From assembly GCA_028534125.1 (NCBI GenBank), contig CM052818.1:19160001-19224000 (forward strand): DNA of 64,000 bases. The letters are read 5' to 3'. Position numbers and translations under genes: made by a program. Of this stretch, positions 52,491 through 64,000 are shown piece by piece. Each line of letters begins with the position of its first letter. Position 1 is the stretch's first letter. The notes below the pieces were generated by a model. It had not been told where the DNA came from. It was given only the letters and a program-made list of their open reading frames with translations, and did not search any database. The DNA comes from Lama glama (lineage: Eukaryota).

Positions 52491-55400
52491 GCAAGATGAG
52501 TAATATTTTGAGGAGCCCAGTACAGCACCTCGCACTTTTCAGATATTCACAAAGTATTTAATGTTGCCAAATTTTTCGTCTACTTGGTAATATTAGAGAT
52601 TCAATGTGGGAAGTCATTTTCATGATAGATTTGGCTAAGCCAAAGTTTAGCAATAAAACATCACATTAGAATTGATAATAAATATGAAGTCCTGATATTT
52701 GTGTGAAGAAACAATTGATAAAAATACATCTTTCTAGATGGGCGATGCATAATAAAATTTCAGATCAGTGGCTGAACTGAAAATACTTGCATTGTCTTAA
52801 TTCAATTTAACTATACTTAATTTGATTTTCAGTGCTCTCCATTCAAGATTATTCATAAAACTAAACTGACTGCTAATTATAACTGCTAAGTTCAACAAAA
52901 TTCTAGGAAATAAAAGCAATAGTAATAGTGTGATAAAACAAGTTAATCACTATGGTTCGTTTACTGGTTGATTCTGAACACTGAGGAATTCATTACCATT
53001 GTTGCTTTGTTAGAAAAAGAAATGGTCCACTGACAGAATTTTCCTTCCTTCTCAATTTGACCATTTAAAGGAGTTTATAACTTCTCTTTACCTCTTTAAG
53101 GTGAAGCAACGGCCGCAGCAGTGTGGTCTTCTATTTACCAAGTCTAGAAATAAGATCAGGATGCTCCAGTGAAGGCTGCCCAGCATCCCGTATTGTTCAT
53201 GCCCCTGCTGAGTTCTCATATAGCTGGATCAAAGATGTGTTTGAGCACTTCTGTTTGGACAAACCACATGCCAATGTAAAAATATGCTAACATACACTGA
53301 ATTTGGATCATGTTCCTAATGCTGTCTGACATGAAACACTGTTGTTTCTAGGACAGTGGGGAAGCTACTGTGTCAAAGGCAAGGCTAGGGCTCCCCACTT
53401 CCCTCCTCAGAGACCAGAGGCACTGCTGCCTGCAGAGAGAGGGGCTACATCCTCTGGGATACCCTAGCCATGTACACAGTGTCCACAGACACCTGAAAGC
53501 TGGCCAAATAGGTAAATTCTGGAGCCGAATAAGAGAAAGCAGCAGCTCGATCTCTCAAGGGAACTGGAGTGGGAAGTACATCAGGCAGAAAACTATTATT
53601 TTAACTTGGGCTCCACTTCCAGTTTCTGCCTGAAAATATGTGTATCATTCTGGGTACTTTCATCATCCTCGCCAGCCACACCCTACCTCCTTATTCCAAA
53701 CACACTGACCCTAGGAAGGCAATAATAAGAGATTTCCTTTGTATATGAAAATTTTCTTTACTCATGTGTTCTTCCCCATAAGCTGATTAACATTGTTTAA
53801 TTTATTTCAGACCAGGGACTGGCTTTCCTTCTGACTATTCTGCACAGCATCTTAATCAACAGAATATAACTAACAAGCTTAAAGAGCCACTCAGTACTGA
53901 ATCAGCAGCTCATACCATATGCTGTGGGTAAAAACATACTTCCCAAAAAAGCTAAATGCAGAAAGACCAAGGATAGAAGATGCATTTAATGCTCATGAAG
54001 TCTAACAGGATGTGCTTAGTATGTGGAACATTGAGATTTTATGGGGAAAAAGTTATTCTTTAAATATATCCTAAAACATCTTTCTTCTGTTCTGTTACAA
54101 TTTTTACCCTCACAAGAGTATTTTAAGAAGAAAAATCTAATTACAAAAACAATTGCATCTTGGATGGATTCTTAGTGCTAATTTTTAAAAAATGCAAAAA
54201 ACCCATGTATTTTCTCAGAAACCTGGTTACGTGGCCAACAGATTTCACAGTAACAGTATGGTTGAGTTCTAAATCTTGGATAATATTTATAGGTTCGGCT
54301 CTATCCTTGTATTATCCAAGTTCGTGTTTGAGGGAAGAAGAAAAACCAAACCACATTACAATTAAGATTTTTAAATGCAACTGTCTTTTGACAGGTCAGA
54401 GATTAGTTTATCTTTCGCTTTACATCTACCATCCCAAAAGGAAGGAGACTGGTTGCTTCATTAGCATATTCATGTAATAAGCGCAGCTTAAGTCTGAAAC
54501 ATCTTAAACAACAGGTCTGAGTGTTTTAATTTTCAAAAAACCTCAGAACTAAACATTAAGTCTTTTTTTAGAGAAATGAAAGCTGTCTGATTTATCAGAG
54601 CTTGAGAGACTACAAGTTTTCTTAGAATCGACATCTCCCCCCATTTCTTGTAGCCCTAATGACTAAAACCACGGGCTGATTTCCATTTTATACATGCTTT
54701 TGTGCGGCAACCTAAAAACACTCATTCACAGCTAACCAGGGGATGAAATATTTCACTAGAATTTTAAAACTGCCTTTTGAATTACATGAAAGTCTTCCAC
54801 TTATAAGCAACTTTGTGATTTTGTAAACCAATAAAAATGTCCACACTGACATTTTTTCTCTGTAAGTTTGCCTTCTCCCCAAGCTTTTGACATCCAGAAA
54901 AGAAAAACTGATGTAACTCACTCTAAATTATCAACAATGATGAAAAAGAGCATGGTAAATTAAGATGAGCATTTTTAAAGTGCTTATTGGTCTTAAATTT
55001 TCATTTGTTCTCATACCAAACTAAGTGCTTACAAAATAACTGCACACTTTGGCAATAACTATAAAGCAAGCACCTGCATAACCACCATTCTGGTCAAAAA
55101 AAAGAGAATGCTGTAGTGCCCCAGAAGCCTTCTAGAAGCCCCCTCCCCATCAGCGCCCACAACCACTCTCCTGACTTACATATTCACGTTCTTGTTTTTC
55201 TTTAGAGTCTCATCTCCTACGAATGCACCACCAAACAGTATTTTAACAACTCTTCAACTTCCTATGATTGGGAAAAAAAATGTATTATCTTTTATCTGTC
55301 ATTTCTTTTACTTGGTTTCTAAGATTCCATCTGTTATTTTGTGTAGCTGTAGTTTGTTTTCATAGTTGGGTTGTTTCCATTGTGGGTCTATCGCATTCTT

Positions 55401-56500
55401 GTGTACACATCATAGCACAGCATGTACAAGCACCTCCCGAGTATGCACCTACGAGCAGGACTGCTGGGTCCTATGTGTATTTTCAACTTTACTAATTATT
55501 CTCTCTAGCAGTATTGTTCCATTTCCTCAACAAAAGTTAGCATAATCACATTGTAAACGACTGTCAGTATGGTGGGGAGGGCAGAGTCGGGAGGTTTTTT
55601 TCATTTTTCTCACTGGTGTTGAGGACCTTTTCATGTGTATGGATCACTTAGATTTCTCCCTGGGTAAAGTGCCTGAATTTTTTTTTTAACTGATGAATTT
55701 CTTTTAAAATGTTTTGAGATATAATTTACATCACACATTTAAAGTGTATGATTCAGTGGTTTTTAGTATATTCAGATAGGTGCAACCATCATCAGTTTTA
55801 GGACATGTTCATCTCAAAAAGAAACTCCACACCCTTTAGTTATCACCTCCCTAGCTGTCCACTCTCTGCCCGCCAGCCATGCAGCTGCTAATCTACTGTT
55901 TCTATAGCTTTCCCTATTCTGGCCTTTCATTCAGAGAGAATCATGTAGTTCATGGACTCTTATGACTGGCTTCTTCACTGATATTTCCAAGGTTCATCCT
56001 AGCTTTGGCCTGTATCAGTCCTTCATTTCTTTCATGGCCAATTAATAGTCCATTGCATGGATATTCTACATTTTGTATATCCATCCATTTAATCCATTGA
56101 TGGACATTGGGTTATTTCCACTTCTTCCCTATTGTAATTCTGCTATAAACATTTATGTACAAGTTTTTGTGTAGACATGTTTATTTCTCTTGGATATATC
56201 CATAGGAATGGAAATACTGGGTCATCTGGTAACTCTTATCTTTATTTGAGAAAATGCCAGACTGCTTTCCAAAAGTGACTGCACATTTTACATTTTCACA
56301 GCAGTCTTCCAATCTCTCCATATTCTTATCAGTACTGGTTATCCGACTTTTGCTTTTAGCTATCCTAGTGAGTGTTAAGTGTAGCTCCCCGTGGTTTGGA
56401 TGTGCATTTCCCTGATGACGTCCTGCATCTTTTCATGTGCTTACTGGCCATTTGCTCATTTTCCCTGGAAAATTATCCATTTAGGTCCTTTGATTTTAAC

Positions 56501-56601
56501 TGGTAGAGTATATGCTTAGCATGCACGAGGCCCTAGGTTCAATCTCCAGTACCTTCATTAAAATAAAAAAATAAACCTCAATTACACTCCCCCCTAAAAA
56601 A
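56501..56601 (+). mobile_element. 5'-truncated Vic-1-type SINE
   Basis: tggtagagtatatgcttagcatgcacgaggccctaggttcaatctccagtacc. Confidence 0.85.
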
Positions 56602-56703
56602 GTCTTAAGTGTCTATTTAGTGACTTTATAGGAGTTCTTTATATATTCTGGATATAAATTCTTTGATACTGTGACACCAATATGTTCTCCCATTAGAGAG
56701 CTA

Positions 56704-56907
56704 CAGTTGTCCCATGAACAACACAGGTTTGAACTACATTAACCCACTTACACTTGGGTTTTTTTCAGTAAATATGTACTGCAATACTGCAAGATCCACA
56801 ATTGATTGAATCTACAGATGCAGAACCGTGGACATGGAGGGACTATGGATTTTTGACTACACAGGAAGTCAGTGCCCCTAACCTCTCCGTTGTTCAAGAG
56901 TTAACTG
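56704..56907. mobile_element. Tigger2-derived MITE
   Basis: TA|cagttgtcccatgaacaac ... gttgttcaagagttaactg|TA: terminal inverted repeats with TA target duplication. Confidence 0.85.
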
Positions 56908-57650
56908 TACTCTTCTTACTTTGTGATGCTTTTTAATGAAAAAAGGTTCTTAATTTCAATATAACTGTGTCAAAGATTACACATGGTGTTTGTCACTTAA
57001 GAAATCTTTCCCAAAACCAATTTCATATTATTTCCCAAATGTTCATAAAAATACTTCCCTTATTATTTTCTGTAGAACTATAAACACTAAAAACTTGGTA
57101 GTGTTGCTTTGTACCTTTTGGTCAAAAATTCACTGGAGTTGTTTTATATATGGTGTGGAATAGGGATCCAATTTCATTTTGTTCCTATATGAATAACCCA
57201 TCATCCCATCACCATTTATTAAAAAGACCATCCTTTTCTTCCCATGTTCAGCAGGACCATCCACTCAACTCTTAACTTCTCCATCTTTCCCTGTAAAATA
57301 AAAGTAGACTAAATCAGGGTTCCCAATCTGAAGGATTTTGTTCAAGTCACATCACAGACTGGGGGTGGGAGAATGGCAGATGGGGTGGAGGATCACACTA
57401 GGACTCTGGATTTATAGTAAGTTCCCTGGCTAATGCATATACAGCAAACCTGGCTCCCGCCAACAGATGGACACTCTGGGAAATCACTGGAAATGATTTC
57501 CATGGTTCCTTCTAGCTTTAAGAGCCCCTAGTTTTTTTTTCCCCACAAAGTCTCTACACTATTTGTTTCTTCCAAACCATTTGGGAATAAATATGCGTAA
57601 AAGTCTCATTACAAAGAAATACAACATATATCAAATTCTAAAAACTACAT

Positions 57651-57656
57651 TTTATT
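57651..57656 (-). terminator. MSH2 polyadenylation signal
   Basis: TTTATT on + (AATAAA on -), about 250 nt after the stop, followed on - by a GT/T-rich tract. Confidence 0.8.
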
Positions 57657-57903
57657 TATAAAATTCAACATATTGCCTACTACTGCCCATGTCCATTTAA
57701 GTATTCCTCAGTTACAGCTCTCAGTTTTCAAAATAAAGATCTTTAAAAATATACTCAGGAAGAGCAAAGTATACTAAAATTTTATTAACTTGATATCCTA
57801 AGCATCAACTGCCAACACTATGGGAAAAGGGTTAATATAAAACAATACAAAAGCATTACAGACAACAGCTTAATATTATCTTCATTTCATTAGTGCAGTT
57901 TTC

Positions 57904-58104
<201 letters not shown>

Positions 58105-59829
58105 TTAAAATAAATTTTCTAAAAGTCACATTAAATAGTAATGAATTGTTTCATTAAATTTCAATCTAAACACGCCACCCAATATTTAAACATCCTGTTA
58201 AATTTTAAGTGCGCACCATCTAGAATTTATGGCAAAGCCTTTAGTTGATCGTATTTCTTCATAGCAAGTCATTAAAAAGATATTTATAAATATATTTTCA
58301 GCTGCTAATGACAAAGAGACTGAATATTTCAGTAGTTCCCAGATTCCTTAGTTTTTAAAGCTGATATATAAACTTAGCCTTCTGGGGAAAAAAGAGCTCA
58401 AGGTTTACAAATACTGTTAAGGCATAAACAGTCCCTGAAAATTTAATACTCTACACACACACACACAGATGTTTCTTCTCTGTTTATTTTACTGCCTAGT
58501 TATTGCCATTCCAAAGAACATGACTATTACTTGCTATGTGTCCTGTGGGCAAATTCCTGAACACATATTCCTCATCCATAAAATGGGGACAATAATATTA
58601 CCAACTACACAGGGCTGTTGCGAGAATTAAAGAGTAACAGTGCCTGGCAAAGGATATGATGTTTATTACTGTATATGAAGCCAAACTAAGAAGTCAGCTT
58701 TTCACCAGGGAGCCAGCTGATAAAAGTACCTTAAAGGTGAAAGGTAATGCAAATGGTAAGATAAATAGGAAATACATCTCTATTAAATAACAAGTGCCTT
58801 TTTTTTCCAAATTAAAATAAAATCTAGATAGAGTAACATTGACAGTTATGTGTTGTTACATGTCTCCTTTAGCTTAAAATTTTAGAAAATACATTGTAAT
58901 TAATATTGTCAAAAGTATATAACTCCTGTTCTAATTGGAAATCATAGATTACATAAAGGAGTCTACCTAATCTCAGATCATTGATAACTTGTGGGGCTGA
59001 TACCAAGACCAGTTCATAACCAGGATGGCAACCTTCCATACTTAAAACTATTAGCAAGTTACAACACATTTCTCCTGCTTATATAGCTACAACAGATAAA
59101 ACCGTATCTTTTAAGCTCAAAAACCATACACATCTTCTATTATTGTAACACCATCTATCCTTCAAGTAAGAACAAAGAATTCACTGGGTAAAAACTAAAA
59201 TGTGACAAGAAGTTGTCACAATGTATAACCACAGGAAATGTTTCAGGACCCAGAAGTAAATTAAGATTCTTTTATTTTCATTATTACAGAAAACTAATAA
59301 TTCTTTAATTTTAAAAAAATACATTGGGCATATGCTTGTACCTTTCTGTCTAAACATCTAAATTTCACCCACCAGTCAGAAGGCCCAATTTAAGATCTAC
59401 TTCAACAAGACCTGAAACGTCCTGCCCACAGAGAGCTTTCCTGAGTAAATATTTGTCACACACCACTTTGTCACATTCTCTATGACACATTCACAATTAT
59501 TATCTCCCTGACTAGTTTCTAAACAACTAGAGGGCAGGAACTATGTTCATTTCTCTATCATTTTAACTAAGCACTGAGTAAATATGCAGTTTAACTGGAC
59601 TTGACCTATTTGTTTATGAATTGAAGACGTGTATGGACCTCTGTAACTCCTTTGAATTATGTATTTTAAACCTACACTAACATTTCTAATTCCCTACTTC
59701 TGAAATCTGGTACCTGAAATGCTGTCTTTCAATCATGTAGATATTTGTAGTGGTGAAACCAATAATGAATGATAACTAAACATCAGAATCATATAGGAAA
59801 AAAATAACTACAAAAACAGTCTGACAAAC

Positions 59830-60005
59830 CTCTCTTTCCAGATAGCACCTCTTTGCTGCTGGTTCCATTTCATCATATTCTCTTGGTTCTCCAATATTCT
59901 GAAACTCCTCTAGTTCCAGGGCTTTTTGTTTAGCGTACTCTATTACATGCTTGGGGAAATTAGCAAGCTCAGCAACATGAATCCCAAAACTCTGATCACA
60001 GACAC
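59830..60005 (-). CDS. MSH2: MSH2 exon 15 ([15 protein letters not shown] helix-turn-helix)
   Basis: tgtAG acceptor and GTTTGT donor; 176 nt; ends ...CYLERE. Confidence 0.98.
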
Positions 60006-61509
60006 CTACAAGAAATTTGGGGAGTGGGTGAGGCAAAGTAGGAGGAGACAGCAATTTACGTAGATGGAACTAACCTTGTCATTAGGAAACTTAATTTTGT
60101 ATTATTTCAAATAAATTAGCCAAATGTTTCAGAGTAACTCAGATAAAGGAATTTTAATTATGCCTCCAGTGAAAAGTGATTATGACTTGGCACCCAGAGC
60201 TATATTTTAACTTGACAAATGTAGTAGGAAAAATAAAAGTAGCAGGGAGAAGCTTGATGATAATCCTCAAAGGGCCAGACTAATATCTGAATCTGGAGAA
60301 AAATTATTCAATGCAATATATCTGAGGTTTTCTCATTCTATAAGGGAGGAACTAAAGTACTATGAAAAAAAGATAAATGTGTCACTAATTAATAGGAGCA
60401 CTTAATTCAAAATATAGGCTTATGATCAAATGACAATGAAATTTCTGACCCAAATCTAGTTCAGCAAATTTTCAGACTAGGTAGGTTAACTTCATCCCCA
60501 TTTGCAGAAAATAAACTAACTTAACATTCCTTCTAAATGTTTAATACAAATGATGTTCATGGAGTGACTACAGAGCTCCCATTCTGGCCTCAACTGTAAA
60601 TTTCTTTTGGCCTAGTTATTTACCCCATGCATTCTAGAGCTGGATAATGTGCACAACTCAGAGAAACAAAAATAAAATAGAAGCAAATGTTTGATAAACA
60701 TCCACAGTGAAGGCTGTATCTATTCCTATCTTCTCCAAACATCATCTGGTCTTTTTTAGTATTCTGAACCCATTTCTTCGTCACACAGAATACAAACAAT
60801 GATTTAAAAGCAAAACCTCAACTTCATGCTAAATGCTGGGTCCAACTAGGAGTATCTATATTCTCTATCAATAATAATAATGCAAACAGTAACTCAAAAG
60901 GATTCATATGGAAGCATAAGCAACAAAGATCCAAAAATATTATCTCATTTGTATACAACTGATGCAGAAAAATGAATTTTTCATGAAAAATCAGAAAGCC
61001 ATCAAAAAGCTATTTTGATAACTGGTGAAATGTTTAAGCAATAAAAACCTTATAGTATGTTAATCTCATCAACTCAGTAATCTGATTAGCTGCCAGACCC
61101 ACTAATGACAAACTACTGAAAGAGTGAAAAGCCAAGGAGTAAGTCATCCCTTACCTGATAACTACCAAGAATTTCAGGATTTCTGGAAACCCTAGCTTTA
61201 AATTAACTTGTTTATATAACACACCCTTACCAATATAGTAATTATAACAGTCTATTAAACAGTAACAGCCAGAGTCTTAGAACTTCAAAGCTTATTGTTA
61301 ATATCCAGTACCTAATCTGACAGGAAAATGTGCTGCTAATGAGAGGCAGTACAAAATCCCTCAGTGATGATGTTCAAGAGTATAGATTATTCTTTCTGTG
61401 ATTGTTTTAAAACGAGGTTCTACTATGAGACACAGAAATATAGATAATACACCAAGACCCCATCCCTAGATTGTAAATTAAGCGGTAAATGTGTTTTGTA
61501 AAACCATCA

Positions 61510-61956
<447 letters not shown>

Positions 61957-63038
61957 TTAATTATCTTTAATATATACAGAAATCCAACAAAGTCAATAAA
62001 TAACACTAAAACTTCAGTAGGAACACGGGTATGGACATGAACAAACAACTGGTGTAAGGGAAAACAAATGGTGAATAAATAGCTTTTAAATTACCAATCT
62101 CACTAGTTGTAATCTAAGAATTTCCAAATAAAGCAGCTATCATTCATTTCCTGACAATCAAATCCGTCAGGATTTTAAAAAAAGAATGCTGTGTGATCAC
62201 ATAAATCTGTGTGCCTGCCACAGCCCTACCTATACCAGATGTTAGCATTTTCTTTTCTCTTTCACCAAATGTAAGGAGGGGAAACTTTTTTTTAATTAGA
62301 GATTCTGACAGTTCTTCATGTGCTTACTGCTCATTTCTTTTTCTGTGAAATGCTACTGGCATCTTCTACTTATTTCTTTAAACTTTTATGTTATGAATAT
62401 TAACTTGTTGACTAATTAATACACCAAACATTAGTATTGCTTTTATAATTCCTCACAAACAATAATCAACACATAATTTACTAAGGATCTACTATATGCA
62501 AAGTACTTTAGAAGACCCCAAGAAACAGAAGGCATAGCCTCCCTGTCTTCAAAGCTCTTAAATAGTGAAATAAAGACAAGAGATTTCATAACCTCTAAAA
62601 TAAAAAGCTAATAAATTACAGTTATGTCAAAGAGTTCAAAGAAACAGTCATGACCTTAGGCTCATGTGACAAGGAAAGTCTTCAGAGAAGTAGAATTTCT
62701 GTCATTAAGGGTCTGTAAAGATTAGAAAGGACTTGGGTAAAGGGCAAAGAAGGACCGTTCCAGGTAGTGTGAACAGTTCAAGTAAAAGCATGGTAGTGGG
62801 GACATTTGTAAGGTGAACAACTACCAGTAACCTTAAGAAGACAACTTTAAAAATCAAAGAAGCTTTCCACAACTATGGCCAGTCATCCTTTCAAGACAGT
62901 ATAATGTGTATAAAGTTCACAGTAAAACTATTAAACTAGATAAAAGAGTGCAGATGTTTTATAGATGAATCTGCAAATTTACTTCTTAAAGGACAAGGAC
63001 ATTCATTTCCATTTCCAGAAGACTGGGAAACACACTTA

Positions 63039-63305
<267 letters not shown>

Positions 63306-64000
63306 TTAGTTCTAAATTGCACATTAGTGACTAATAACTTAGGTCATGTGATACAGCATACAAGAAGCAGAGCCACAGGCTGCCTCAAGGCATGGCCAGT
63401 TACTGCCTTACACTGCTCTCTAAAATAATGCTGTTTTCTCTTCAGACAAACCTCAACTGGGCCCTTCATCAAAAGGACTCATGAAAAATTACCTATAATT
63501 TGACTATGGTCTAGAAAAACCATACTGACGTTTCCCCACAGCTCACAGAGCTGCCTGAAAGATAATTTTATGAAATGCAGACCTAATTGATTAATTAGCT
63601 AAGTAGTATGACTCATTAATAAATGGATCTATTAGACAATGGGTCAGTATGAGCAAATCCTTCAAATCAAGTTAACTTCACACTAGAACCCAAAGACATG
63701 ACCCTACTTTTAGAAAATGTGCAATTTACCAATTAATGGTTTAGATTATATGAACAACTTAAAAATTCATTTGGGGAAATAAAATACAATCATTGACTGC
63801 TCCCCAAACACATTTGCCCAAAGACTCCTACCACTCCCACCCCAACCACTTCTGTTTTCTAGAATCTGGTTAAGATCTCTCAAAATACTTTAGTTTGAGA
63901 GTGCTGCATTAGCCTATAAGCAGGTCTACTTTTTTAGAGTTTCATATGAATAGAGTACCACGTCTTTAAAGAATTGCTACCCTAAGCTGAAGTCATTCCA

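Larger units (their letters stand above)
55030..57245 (-). mobile_element. Composite of old L1M fragments (L1MB-like core ~55700-56490) with nested SINE and Tigger
   Basis: gatggacattgggttatttccactt, gaaaatgccagactgctttccaaa, tatatattctggatata. Confidence 0.8.

Noticed and set aside
59201..59220. tgtgacaa-gaag-ttgtcaca hairpin in MSH2 intron 15
   Set aside because: 8-bp stems are expected by chance in 64 kb.

Overview
This is mammalian genomic DNA, almost certainly from a camelid (four Vic-1-type tRNA-derived SINEs). It covers the conserved tail-to-tail KCNK12/MSH2 locus. The + strand carries the 3' part of KCNK12 intron 1 (1-27896) and the last coding exon of KCNK12/THIK-2 (27897-28798, in a CpG island). 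The - strand carries MSH2 exons 13-16 (63244 down to 57904), with intact splice sites and human-identical exon lengths. The rest is intronic or intergenic DNA rich in L1, L2, MIR, MaLR/ERV LTRs and DNA transposons, and nearly all short ORFs in the track are spurious. Four observations stand out. (1) A ~260-bp 'mini-L1' joins the L1 5'UTR directly to the L1 3'UTR, exactly at a GTAAG donor that is still visible in a second, unspliced 5'UTR-only copy in the same window; this suggests spliced, non-autonomous L1-derived retroelements. (2) That 5'UTR-only insertion has its own TSD. (3) The orthologue of the MIR-derived alternative last exon of human MSH2 is present but lacks the acceptor AG. (4) A cluster of non-conservative substitutions sits in the MSH2 ATPase domain. 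Repeat family names and human comparisons are from memory, not database searches.
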